Shown: positions 50,301 through 63,059 of the stretch, in pieces
How positions within the stretch are numbered: position 1 is the stretch's first letter
How the letters are laid out: each line of letters begins with the position of its first letter
Assembly (NCBI RefSeq): GCF_006345805.1
Contig: NC_043007.1
Location: 22,196,001 to 22,260,000 of the forward strand
Length of the DNA stretch: 64,000 nucleotides
Origin: Octopus sinensis
Lineage: Eukaryota
Direction of reading: 5' to 3'
Program-made: the position numbers and the translations under genes
The notes under the pieces: generated by a model
Database searches by the model: none
What the model was told of the DNA's origin: nothing
Seen by the model: only the letters and a program-made list of their open reading frames with translations

Positions 50301-52240
50301 TCCTTATAACTTCCAGAAAAATGGATATTTTTCAATGAAATTTTCTACAAATACGCTTCAAAAATAATTCCTTGGTTGGGGAGAGGCGTTTCGGAGAATT
50401 CATACGAGTCGGCTTTATTCCTTATAACTTCCAGAAAAATGGATATTTTTCAATGAAATTTTCTACAAATACGCTTCAAAAATAATTCCTTGGTTGGGGA
50501 GAGGCGTTTCGGAGAATTCATACGTGTCGGCTTTATTTCCTTATAACTTCCAAAAAATGGATATTTTTCAATGAATTTTCTACAAATACGCTTCAAAAAT
50601 AATTCCTTGTTGGGGAGAGGCGTTTCGGAGAATTCATAAGAGTCGGTTTCACTTCCTTATAACTTCCAGAAAAATGGATATTTTTCAATGAAATTTTCTA
50701 CAAATACGCTTAAAAAATAATTCCTTAGGTGGGAGAGGCGTTTCGGAGAATTCATACGTGTCGGCTTTATTTCCTTATAACTTCCAGAAAAATGGATATT
50801 TTTCAATGAAATTTTCTACAAATACGCTTCAAAAATAGTTTCTTGGTTGGGGAGAGGCGTTTCGGAGAATTCATACGAGTCGGCTTTATTTCCTTATAAC
50901 TTCCAGAAAAATTGATATTTTTCAATGAAATTTTCTACAAATACGCTTAAAAAATAATTCCTTAGGTGGGGAGAGGCGTTTCGGAGAATTCATACGAGTC
51001 GGCTTTATTTCCTTATAACTTCCAGAAAAATGGATATTTTTCAATGAAATTTTCTACAAATACGCTTCAAAAATAATTCCTTGGTTGGGGAGAGGCGTTT
51101 CGGAGAATTCATACGAGTCGGCTTCACTTCCTTATAACTTCCAGAAAAATGGATATTTTTCAATGAAATTTTCTACAAATACGCTTCAAAAATAATTCCT
51201 TGGTTGGGGAGAGGCGTTTCGGAGAATTCATACGAGTCGGCTTCACTTCCTTATAACTTCCAGAAAAGTGAATATTTTTCAATGAAATTTTCTACAAATA
51301 CGCTTCAAAAATCCTTAGGTGGGGAGAGGCGTTTCGGAGAATTGATACGAGTCGGCTTTATTTCCTTATAACTTCCAGAAAAATGGATATTTTTCAATGA
51401 AATTTTCTACAAATACGCTTCAAAAATAATACCTTGGGTGGAGAGAGGCGTTTTGGAGAATTCATAAGAGTCGGCTTTATTTCCTCATAACTTCTAGAAA
51501 AATGGATATTTTTCAATGAAATTTTCTACAAATACGCTTCAAAAATAATTCCTTGGTTGGGGAGAGGGATTTCGGAGAATTCAAACGAGTCGGCTTTAGT
51601 TCCTTATAACTTCCAGAAAAATGGATATTTTTCAATGAAATTTTCTACAAATACGCTTCAAAAATAATTCCTTAGGTGGGGAGAGGCGTTTCGGAGAATT
51701 CATACGTGTCGGCTTTATTTCCTTATAACTTCCAGAAAAATGGATATTTTTCAATGAAATTTTCTACAAATACGCTTCAAAAATAATTCCTTGGTTGGGG
51801 AGAGGGGTTTCGGAGAATTCATAAGAGTCGGTTTCACTTCCTTATAACTTCCAGAAAAATGGATATTTTTCAATGAAATTTTCTACAATACGCTTCAAAA
51901 ATAATTCCTTAGGTGGGAGAGGCGTTTCGGAGAATTCATACGTGTCGGCTTTATTTCCTTATAACTTCCAGAAAAATGGATATTTTTCAATGAAATTTTC
52001 TACAAATACGCTTCAAAAATAGTTCCTTGGTTGGGGAGAGGCGATTCGGAGAATTCATACGAGTCGGCTTCACTTCCTTATAACTTCCAGAAAAATGGAT
52101 ATTTTTCAATGAAATTTTCTACAAATACGCTTCAAAAATAGTTCCTTGGTTGGGGAGAGGCGTTTCGGAGAATTCATAAGAGTCGGCTTTATTTCCTTAA
52201 AACTTCCAGAAAAATGAATATTTTTCAACGAAATTTTCTC
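47320..52240. repeat. Satellite array, 119-bp monomer, ~41 copies
   Basis: CTTATAACTTCCAGAAAAATGG recurs at 47451, 47570 and onward; monomers are highly similar and have no unique spacers. Confidence 0.97.
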
Positions 52241-52564
52241 CATATACATTTCGAATGGTTTTGAGCAGGAGTCGGGGAACTCTTTCAACCAATTACCTCA
52301 AAATATATTTATTTATGCCGACGTTACCCACTTGATTTGAAAGGAAGAAAATCATAGATTCTTTTAATTCAAACCTTTTTGTGAATCTATTTGCAATATA
52401 ATCTATTATGAATATAAAAAGTATAAAACAAATGCAATAAAATAAATTAATATCCTCAGTATGATCCAAAAGGATTTTTCTAGAAACTTTTTCACTTCAG
52501 GTGTTGGAGAAATGATGTTTCGTTTCTTTTTTTTTCTTTTTCTTTATTCTTTCTTTCTTTTATT

Positions 52565-52964
52565 CTTTTACTTGTTTCAGTCATTTGACTGTGGCCATGC
52601 TGGAGCACCGCCTTTAGTCGAGCAAATCGACCCCGGGACTTATTCTTTGTAAGCCCAGTACTTACTCTATCGGTCGCTTTTGCCGAACCGCTAAGTTACG
52701 GGGACGTAAACACACCAGCATCGGTTGTCAAGCAATGCTAGGGGGACAAACACAGACACACAAACACACACACATACATACAAATAAATATACATATATA
52801 CGACAGGCTTCTTTTCAGTTTCCGTCTACCAAATCCACTCACAAGGCATTGGTCGGCCCGGGGCTATAGCAGAAGACACTTGCCCAAGATGCCACGCAGT
52901 GGGACTGAACCCGGAACCATGTGGCTGGTTAGCAAGCTACTTACCACACAGCCACTCCTGCGCC
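52565..52964 (-). mobile_element. SINE family A, full length
   Basis: Complete copy; same subfamily diagnostics as the 55799 copy. Confidence 0.9.
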
Positions 52965-53311
52965 TTTTTATTATTTTTTTTTTTGACAATTACATCAAAA
53001 TTGGGGCATTTTGATGCCTGAGCAATTTAGATATAGCCTTCGGGGGTCCAATTGATTTCGTTAAAGGGTTGAATTGGATAATAACTATTTGAATCGACTC
53101 AAAACGAAAACACGTATGTAATAGACGACTGACAAATATCTGTTTAGTCACTTGACAACGCTTAAGGAACCAAACTGTTTGTATTTCAAAATGACGTGAC
53201 GTCACTGAAGCCTGTCCATTACATCGGACAGATACGGTTCCGCTAGAAGAAAAATTTCTGTCGTAACAAGAAATACGTTTTTAAATATAATTTTTCCTTA
53301 TGTCTAATGAG

Positions 53312-53727
53312 GAATCTTTTCGGTTTGACCGGCAGTCTTTAAAAGAAGTTTCCCCGTAAGTAAACACTTTTAAGCTTCGTATACTGGTAGAATGTGTTTA
53401 TAAAACATCTTTTTCTCTTTGCTTTATTGAGAAAATTCTATAGTTTGTAAGATATTTGTTGTTTTTTTTCGTTAATTTCTGCAATTTCAACCAATCAATG
53501 ACGTCTATTGAGGTGAAAACATTCTGTGCCGTATGAATATGTCCCTCGTTTAAGAAACAGATTGGGTTTATTTACATTTCTGAAAAAAAAACAGAAAGAT
53601 ACCCTTCCCCCCATCCCTAACCCTAAAACAGATTGAAATGCAATAGATCGATACTAGGGTCATAATTATGGGTGACAATTTCATATGACACCGCTAGAAA
53701 AAACTGCCGTTCAAACCGAAAAGATCC
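53312..53727 (+). mobile_element. Merlin-like MITE with TSD
   Basis: ~24-bp TIRs; 8-bp TSD CTAATGAG (53304-53311, 53728-53735). Confidence 0.85.
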
Positions 53728-53890
53728 CTAATGAGTCTTCATTGCTCCCAAGAATTTCCTTTTTACCCCACTTAAGGTAATTTACTATAGTTCGCCGACC
53801 CCTAGAGTAGAGCATAATTATATCAGCATTTAATATGGTAAAAAAAAAGAGTAAATTGGTGAGCTCACACACATACATACTTGAGACACA

Positions 53891-54275
53891 TCTATATATA
53901 TATATATATTGTATAAAATCCGTTCTGTCTGTCTGTCTATGTGTGTGTTTTCTAGGATCTCGGGCATCCTCCATCCGATTGCGCTCAAATTTGATATGTA
54001 GATACCGACGGTATCAGGGCGTGTATAAGTCTTGAAAAAAAATTACAAAAGTCGATTCTAGGTGAGAATGCGATCAATAAAGCCGTGGGAACGTGCATTT
54101 GTACGCGGAAGTACATCAGTCGAAATCCGTTTTTTGCTGGTGTCTCAAATTTAGGTTAAATCAGTATTTCTCAAAGGGGGGGGGGGCTATGGGACGGTCG
54201 GACAAGTTGTTTTGAGAAAATTTGGTTTAAATGTTTGACAACTTAGCACCGTCCATTGGACGGGAGTTTTACTCG
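53891..54275 (+). mobile_element. Probable non-autonomous Helitron
   Basis: A|TCTATATATA...TAAAAT...(TGTC)n 5' end; 3' hairpin CCGTCCA-T-TGGACGG followed by CTCG (imperfect CTRR). Confidence 0.5.
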
Positions 54276-54282
54276 CTATACT

Positions 54283-54688
54283 CTTTACTCTTTTACTTGT
54301 TTCAGTCATTTGGCAGCGGCCATGCTGGAGCACCGCCTTTAATCGAGCAAATCGACCCCGGGATTTATTCTTTGTAAGCCAAGTACTTATTCTATCGGTC
54401 TCTTTTGCCGAACCGCTAAGTTACGGGGACGTAAACACACCTGCATCGGTTGTCAAGCAATGCTAGGGGGACAAATACACACACACACACACACAAACAC
54501 GCATGCATATATATACACATATATACGACGGGCTTCTTTCAGTTTCCGTCAACCAAATTCACTCACAAGGCTTTGGTCGGCCCGAGGCTATAGTAGAAGA
54601 CACTTGCCCAAGGTGCCACGCAGTGGGACTGAACCCGGAACCATGTGGTTGGTAAGCAAGCTACTTACCACACAGTCACTCCTGCGCC
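54283..54688 (-). mobile_element. SINE family A, full length
   Basis: Reverse complement of 35361-35775. Confidence 0.9.
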
Positions 54689-54921
54689 TAATATATATTT
54701 ACGAAATGAAACTTGAGATTTTGAAAAAAATTGAGATGTGTGTTAGTATTTTTTTTATTTTTTGTTTTTTTTCTCACATCCAATTTCAAGATAATCGTAA
54801 TCTGCACACTCTGAAAGGTATTTGCAGAAAATTTCGTTAAAAAAAAACAAAAAACACTCGTCTTTCTGCAAGATGTAAGGAAACAAAGCCGATTCGTGTA
54901 AATCTTTCCGAAACTCCCCCC

Positions 54922-54957
<36 letters not shown>

Positions 54958-55165
54958 CCTCTCCACCCTCGAAAAAAAAAATTCACTGCAAATTCCGATT
55001 TTTGCAGAAAATTTCATTAAAAAATCTCTATTTTTCTCAAAGTAATGATTAAACGCTGGTGGAGGGCACATTTGTGTAGATAAACCTGATATGCATTTGC
55101 ATATGTACATAGACACACGCATACATGCAAATATATATATATACATGTGTGTGCGTGTGTGTGTG

Positions 55166-55420
55166 TGGAGACGCAATGGTCCAGTGGTTAGGGCAGCGGA
55201 CTCGCGGTCGTAGGATCGCGGTTTCGATTTCCAGACCGGGCGTTGTGAGCTGGGGGTGGTGGTGGTGGTGGTGGCAATCCCTGCTGTACTCTTTCGCCAC
55301 AACTTTCTCTCACTCTTTCTTTCTGTTGGTCTGCTCGCTTAGCCAGCGGGGTGGCGTCATTTGAAGGCTAAAAACAATGCGACGCGCATTGTGACCAGCG
55401 ATGTGTAACAACATCTGATA
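55166..55420 (+). mobile_element. tRNA-SINE with family D head and a third tail type
   Basis: Head matches 28873/40868; tail GCTCGCTTAGCCAGCGGGG...GCGCATTGTGACCAGCG differs. Confidence 0.75.
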
Positions 55421-55752
55421 CAAACATGCATGCATACATACATTCATACATGCACACACGTAGGGTTTATTGGGGGGAGGAAACAGTACGAGAATGCCCT
55501 GCTCACTCCCACCTCTGCTGCAACTATTAGCTACGTAATCAAGTGAAATGACTTTTTATTCCTAAGCAAAATCCAAATAAATTTTCAAATTTCTTATCGG
55601 TCAACCAAGTGACTGTACCAGCAACCCATTGGGTCCCATGTAAAAGCTTAGACGAGGGCCAGATTGAAACCAACTGTAACCCTAAACAAAGACCAACGTC
55701 AGCGTAATTACCCCCTGGCGGCTCTTAATTAAATAAGAGCTAAATGCTGACC

Positions 55753-55795
<43 letters not shown>

Positions 55796-55798
55796 ATA

Positions 55799-56178
55799 GG
55801 CGCAGGAGTGGCTGTGTGGTAAGTAGCTTGCTTACCAACCACATGGTTCCGGGTTCGGTCCCGCTGCGTGGCATCTTGGGCGGGTGTCTTCTGCTATAGC
55901 CCCGGGCCGACCAATGCCTTGTGAGTGGATTTGGTGGACGGAGGCTGGAGGAGGCCTGTCGTATATATATATATATGTGTGTGTGTTTGTGTTGCTTGAC
56001 AACCGATGCTGGTGTGTTTACGTCCCCGTTACTTAGCGCTTCGGCAAAAAAGACCCGATAGAATGAGTACTGGGCTTACAAAGAAGAAGTCCCGGGGTCG
56101 ATTTGCTCGACTAAAGGCGGTGCTCCAGCATGGCCGCAGTCAAATGACTGAAACAAGTAAAAAAAAAGAGTAAAAGAG
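55799..56178 (+). mobile_element. SINE family A copy with an A-to-G cluster, inserted in a (TAAA)n tract
   Basis: Head and tail both present; (TAAA)n on both sides; ten A>G changes in 55857-55953. Confidence 0.9.
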
Positions 56179-57477
56179 TAAATAAATAAATCCACCCCTC
56201 CATCCATCCATCCATCCCTCCCCTCCTTCAGTGGCAGATGTAGGGGTAGGCAACACCCTTTCTAGCTGAACTGATGCAAATATAATATTTCCAGCAGTTT
56301 CGCAGCATTACCGTTTCATATTGCATACGGTCTGCTACAACAAAGTTAGAATACATAAAAATGCGTCCATTTGTTACGAATTGCGATTCCCACCTTATAT
56401 AGTTTTTTTTTTTTTTCGAAACATTTGGGCAACACCCCCAACAAAATCCTGGACCCCTCCTCCATCCATCCAAACAAGCAAAATTCATTTTTCTTCCAAA
56501 CTATTTCCCCAAACCTTACCCGACACGTAGCGTCATGCTTTCTAAATTTCATAGTGTCACTGCTTCCCTTAGAAAGCAGTAATGCTGAATATTTATAAAT
56601 AGACTGAAAATTAGACCTTTCTTGCAAGACATTCCCCTGATATCATCAAACACTATTTAATGCCTTTTGTAAGTTTAATATTTAACACGAAATAGTAGAG
56701 AAAACAATATACGCAAATGTTCACAGCAACAGCATCCCCGACTTCCTACGCAACCGCTGAGCCTGGATGCGCATTCATCCATCCGTCGATGCTCTTGGTG
56801 TCGGGGGTTGACCTGCTTTCTCTTCTGCGGGTCTTACGAATAGCAAAGGACCACGTATCGGACTTCTCTCTCTACGGACGAAGACCGCTTCGCTCAACAA
56901 ACAAACACACAGCAACAGCAAAAAGAAAGAAGAAAGCAACAAAAACAAACAAACGAAAGCAGAACAAAAACGCTAACTTTCATTACAATTTACTAATGAA
57001 AAACAAAAACACCCTGTTATTAGTTAACATAGACCCATTATACATCCAGCGTTAGAAAAAAAATGTCTGTGGTTCCCTTACCTTGCTTATGTAGGGACCT
57101 GTTATTCATGTGTTTTCATTTTGAGTCGCGCATCTCTCATCACGAGCAGAAGTAGTTGGGAGCATCATAGCCATATGTTGAGAGGAATTCTTTGAGGTTT
57201 GAATAATTCACCTCTGGAAACAAACACTTATTCAGGGACCTTTTGAGCGGGATGGGTTACTCGACCTGAAGAAAATTCCAACTGGACTCCACCTGCAAGT
57301 TCATGCGCTGTTAATCATGATCGGAGATGACCACCTCACGCACTTACGGCTGTGATGCATGTGCCTGGCATACCCTTATCAGACGGGCACTCATGATGGG
57401 TGTACTGGGCTTCGCAAATTTACTCCAGTGTCACTTTGATGGCATGCACTGGTCTCTCACTCAATAATATTCGTGCA

Positions 57478-58323
57478 TTCATACATACACACACACATAC
57501 ATACATTTATACATACATACATTTATACATACACACATACACACATTCATACATACATAGATACATACACACATACACACACATACATACATACATTCAT
57601 ACATACATACATACATACACACACACATACATACATACATTCATACATACATACATACATACACACATTCATACATACATACATACATACACACACACAT
57701 ACATACATACATTCATACATACATACATACATACACACACATACATACATACATATTTACACACACACATATATACATACATACATACATACACACACAT
57801 ACATACATACATACATACATACATACACACACACATTCATACATAAATACATACATACACACATTCATACATACATACATACACACATACATACATACAT
57901 ACACACATACACACATTCATACATACATACATACACACATTCATACATACATACATACACACACACATATATACATACACACATACATACATGCATTCAT
58001 ACATACGTTCATACATACATACATTCATACACACACACATACATACATACATACATTCATACATACATACATTCACACATACATACATACATACATACAT
58101 ACATACATACATACATACAGACATACATTCATACATACATACATACATACATACATACATTCACACATACATACATACATACATACATACATACATACAT
58201 ACATACATACATACATACATACATACATACATACATACATACATACATACATTCACACATTCATACATACATACATTCACACATACATACATACATACAT
58301 ACAGACATACATTCATACATACA

Positions 58324-58356
<33 letters not shown>

Positions 58357-58645
58357 TCATACATACATACATACATACATACATACATACATACATACAT
58401 ACATACATACAGACAGACATACATACATACATACATACATATATACATACATACATACATAAATACATACACACACATATATACATACATACATACATAA
58501 ATACATACATACACACATACACACACACATCCATCCATACATACATACACACACACACATACATACATACATACATTCATACATACATACATACATACAT
58601 ACATACATTCATGCATTCATACATACATACAAACATACATACGTA
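57478..58645. repeat. ~1.2-kb (CATA)n-type microsatellite
   Basis: Seen directly. Confidence 0.95.
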
Positions 58646-58923
58646 CATATATTTCTAAATACGCGCGCACGCATATACACACACGCACGTGAATGCGTGT
58701 GTGTGTTTATATTAGACGCAGGTATAGCTGTATGGTTACGAAACCAAGTGGTGCCGAGTTCAGTTCCTTTGCGCGGCACTTAGAAGGCAGGCGCTGTAGG
58801 CTGTCAATGCCTTCTGCATTTTGGCAGACGGAAACTGTAAGGAATCCTATCAAACATATACACATGCGCACACACATCCACGCACGCACACGTATAGAGA
58901 GGGAGAGTACTTTCAAGTACTTT

Positions 58924-59093
58924 CAGGAGTGGCTGTGTGGTAAGCAGCTTGCTTACCAACCACATGGTTCCGGGTTCTGTCCCACTGCGTGGAATCTTGG
59001 GCAAGTGTCTTCTATTATAGCCTCGGGCCGACCAAAGTCTTGTGAGTGGATTTGGTAGACGGAAACTGAAAGAAGCCTGTCGTGTGTGTATAT

Positions 59094-59127
<34 letters not shown>

Positions 59128-59173
59128 ATATATATATATATATAATATATATATGTGTGTGTGTGTATGTATG

Positions 59174-59207
<34 letters not shown>

Positions 59208-59865
59208 TGTATGTATGTATGTATATGTATACGTATATGTATGTATGTGTGTGTGTGTCTGTGTTTGTTTCCCTCAACATCGCTCGACAACCGATGCTGG
59301 TGCGTTTGCGTCCCCCGTAACCTAGCGGTTCAGCAAAAGACACCGATAGAATAAGTACTAGGCTCTCAAAGAATAAGTCCTGGGGTCGATTTGCTCGACT
59401 AAAGGCGGTGCTCCAGCATGGCCGCAGTCAAATGAACGAAACAAGTAAAAGAGTAAAAGAACATATATATATCTTTTTTATTTTTTACTTGTTTCAGTCA
59501 TTTTGACTGCGGCCATGCTGGTGCACCGCCTTTAATCGAGCAATTCGACCCCGGGACTTATTCCTTGTAAGCCCAGTACTTATTCTATCGGTCTCTTTTG
59601 TCGAACCGCTAAGTAACGGGGACATAAACACACCAGCATCGGTCGTCAAGTAATGCTAGGGGGACAAACACAGACGCACAAACATACACGCACATACATA
59701 TATATATACATATATACGACGGGCTTCTTTCAGTTTCCGTCTTCCAAATCCACTCACAAGGCTTTGGTCTGCCCGAGGCTATATTAGAAGACACTCGCCC
59801 AAGATGCCACGCAGTGGGACTGAACCCGGATACCATGTGGTTGGTTAGCAAGCTACTTACCACAC
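58924..59865. mobile_element. Two family A SINEs, tail-to-tail (58924-59460 +, ~59483-59865 -)
   Basis: Both match the family A copies; ~25-bp spacer. Confidence 0.88.
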
Positions 59866-60228
59866 ACACACACATATATTGTAGATACAGCGCACGCACA
59901 CGCGCATACGTTATGAGTATTGATATAAAGAAGTGCATATCTGAAATAGCTGATGAATGGAAAAAAATCAACGGACGTTGACGGGACAGCAAGAGCGAAA
60001 GAGAGAAAGAGAGGAGGGTGATGCGAGAGAAAGAGGAGGAGGAGGAGAAAGAGAAACGAATGCAATAAATAATAGTATATAAAAGAGAAATGAAAAGGAA
60101 GGCGCAAAATATTGAGTACTACAATTTGCTTTTTCTGTGACTTCCATTTTTTATTTTTATCTTGCGGCCGAAAATTATATACGTGTGCATTAATAACGTA
60201 TGGCTTTCTGCACATGTTGCCATCCTGC

Positions 60229-60271
60229 TGACGTCAGAGAAGGTGAGTCTTCGATACTCGTCGCTGATTGG
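60229..60271. promoter_or_regulatory. Candidate ASPG promoter motifs: CRE palindrome TGACGTCA and inverted CCAAT box
   Basis: TGACGTCA at 60229-60236 and ATTGG at 60267-60271, ~350 bp upstream of the ATG in unique sequence; motif match only. Confidence 0.4.
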
Positions 60272-60604
60272 CTGAAAGTCCTCTCCCACTTTAGTAGGAT
60301 GTTTAACGTTTTCGTTGAAGACATAAGGCGCTTGTCTCCAAGGACGTGTTCCACGCAGTGAAAAAGGAAGAACAGCTACAGGAAATATATCCATAAACTT
60401 TTACATGGACTACTAATATTCGGACAAACGAAAGCCCGTACCAGATTCAGTTTGTTAGCCAGAGCACAACCGCTGTTGATTTTCTTTTTCTTTTTTTTTT
60501 TTTTGCGTGTGTGTCCGGGATAATTACGCACCTACACACCTCTGTGTCATTTTTGACCTTACATACCTCACTCCCTGTTTCTCATATTTGAACGTAAGCG
60601 CAAC

Positions 60605-60719
60605 ATGTCTCTCATCCGAAATTTCAGCACTTCGTCTCAAGCAGAAGCGGACTCAAGCAAGAAAGTGTTGGTCCTCTACACTGGTGGAACCATTGGTATG
60701 AAACGAGACACGAATGGAA
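60605..60719 (+). CDS. ASPG: L-asparaginase / 60-kDa lysophospholipase, first coding exon (gene likely continues beyond the window)
   Basis: MSLIRNFSTSSQAEADSSKKVLVLYTGGTIGMKRDTNG contains the type I asparaginase catalytic-Thr motif TGGTIGM; CAAC-ATG context; upstream in-frame TGA at 60554; phase-1 donor GTATGT at 60720. Confidence 0.88.
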
Positions 60720-60910
60720 GTATGTTATTTTCTGTTTATTATCCGGTTTCACTATTTCTGTTGATTCATACTCCTACTCTTTCTCTTTCTCCCCCCCTCT
60801 CTCTCTCTCTTCCATTTTATGCCTATGTCTTTGATTGTATAACTGAGAAAAAAAATATACGCAATTATGTGAACGCACTCACACACATGTTCATTTATAA
60901 TGAGTAAACT

Positions 60911-60951
<41 letters not shown>

Positions 60952-62091
60952 ATAAGGATAAAAATCACGTTAATGATTATCAGGTAGCCAGCATGGAAAT
61001 TATGTATATATATATATAATACATCAAGTACAGGACGTATGTGTGTGTATGTGTGTGAACATTACATACAAATATAGCATGACATTTATTCTACAGTGCT
61101 AACCAGTTTACCGACCTATCCTGATTTTCTTTTAACGACTTGCATACACACGCACCCGCCTAAACCGCAACGAGGAAGTCTTTTTGCAGCCGCTCTACCT
61201 ACTAAAAGTAATAGATCTCCTTGAAATCACAATCTGTCATCTTAAAAGAAAAAGAAAGCCGTTGGATTGTATAGTCCGGTGAAGATATATTTCTTTACTA
61301 CCCACAAGGGGCTAAACACATAGAGGGGACAAACAAGGACAGAAAAACGGATTAAGTCGATTTACCTTCGCTGTATAAGTCCCAGGTGTATTTGAAAAGA
61401 GGCGGGATAATCACAATGAGAATTCCTTTTATCATAAGAGCTACCTGGTCAGGACTGTTCTCGGGCTAAACATACGCGCACTCATACATACATACGACTC
61501 TACACTGAAAATTGATTAGAATAGCTTTTGAAATAATCAGACTGAGCTTAACTTCCCTTTCTAGCCTTTTAAATAAAAAACAAACAACATAAAACGAAGT
61601 AAAATATGGAAGAAAGACGAAAATTGTAAGCTGTGGTCTATTCCCGAATTATTGATACAATACAAAAGAAAAAGCATTGCATGAAACGCACATTCAATTA
61701 CTGATAAATATAAAATCGATTTATAAAGGTGATATGAATCGTAAATGCCTACACATTTGTTAAATTTACATATTATTGAAGATAGGTCGAGCATAGCATC
61801 ACTGGCCGCGTATTTACGTCGAAGTTTGTTCTTAGAATCCACGCAACTAAATGTATGTATGGAGCGCTGTCATTGTTGGAATTCGCAAAAATTGAGTGAA
61901 TGATTAACACCTTCATGTATGTTCCATTACGTAATGCGTCGCGTGATGTCCGGCCATCGGAAAACAAACGCGGGCGAAGGTAAAGAATACCCACACCCGG
62001 TGTTTAGGGTTAGGCCGAAAACGGGTGGTGTGCGTATTCTTTACCCCGAATCTGTTAGGACTACGCGCGTCACACTGAAGATGTGAATATG

Positions 62092-62412
62092 TGAAGGCGC
62101 GTGGCTTAGTGGTTAGGGCATTCGGCTCAGGATTGTAAGGTCGTGAGTTCGATTCCCGGCGACGCGTTGTGTCCTTGAGCAAGACACTTTATTTCACGTT
62201 GCTCCAGTCCACTCAGCTGGCAAAAACGAGTAGTACCTGTATTTCAAAAGGCCAGTCTTGTCACACTCTGTGTCACGCTGAATCTCCCTGAGAACTACGT
62301 TAAGGGTACATGTGTCTGTGGAATGCTCAGCAACTTGCACGTTAATTTCACGAGCAGGCCGTTCCGTTGATCGTATCAGCTGGGACCCTCGTCGTCGCAA
62401 CCGACGGAGTGC
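62092..62412 (+). mobile_element. tRNA-SINE family C, full length
   Basis: A-box TGGCTTAGTGG, B-box GTTCGATTCC, CORE-like body, tail shared with family D. Confidence 0.88.
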
Positions 62413-62654
62413 TCCTATATGTTAGGACCCTATGTGAATGAGAACAAAAAAAAAAGAAAAGAAAATAGGAAAAACTGTTTCTCACCGACAATAGTGACGT
62501 CAATCAGCATTAGTTCACCTCTTCTCCAAACAATTAATTAATTCTTCAGCTATTGTCCTCTCTGGATTTCTGATGCAAAGGTTTCCAGTATCCTAATTCC
62601 ACTTCAATTGTTTGCACCAACAAATCAGTCATACTCTCTTTTTCTCTTTTATCT

Positions 62655-63059
62655 CTTTTACTTGTTTCAGTCATTTGACTGCGGCCATGCTGGAGCACCG
62701 CCTTTTAGTCGAGCAACTCGACCCCGGAACTTATTCTTTTGTAAGCCCAGTACTTATTCTATCGGTCTCTTTTGCCGAACCGCTAAGTAACGGGGACATA
62801 AACACACCAGCATCGGTTGTCAAGCAATGCTAGGGGGACAAACACAGACACACAAACACACACGCACACATATATATATATATACATACATATATACGAC
62901 GGGCTTCTTTCAGTTTCCGTCTACCAAATCCACTCACAAGGCTTTGGTCGGCCCGAGGCTATAGTAGAAGAAACTTGCCCAAGGTGCCACGCAGTGGGAC
63001 TGAACCCGGAACCATGTGGTTGGTAAACAAGCTACTTACCACACAGCCACTCCTGCGCC
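62655..63059 (-). mobile_element. SINE family A, full length
   Basis: Reverse complement of 35361-35775. Confidence 0.9.

Noticed and set aside
47320-52240. CRISPR-like regular array
   Set aside because: Whole monomers repeat with only point variants; there are no unique spacers and no cas genes, and the context is eukaryotic.
56730-56895. GC-rich stretch with hairpins (CCCCGAC/GTCGGGG, GACCTGC/GCGGGTC) as a possible HDV-like or other ribozyme
   Set aside because: I could not fit the HDV nested pseudoknot or a hammerhead core on either strand; probably a repeat fragment.
57400-58616. Long ORFs (up to 329 aa) of HTYI/YVCM repeats, also at 45606-46199
   Set aside because: These are translations of stop-free (CATA)n microsatellites.
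62092-62165. tRNA genes at SINE heads (also 28800-28873, 35361-35430, 41211-41285)
   Set aside because: A/B boxes are present but they run into repeat bodies, and I could not build convincing cloverleaves. These are tRNA-derived SINEs.
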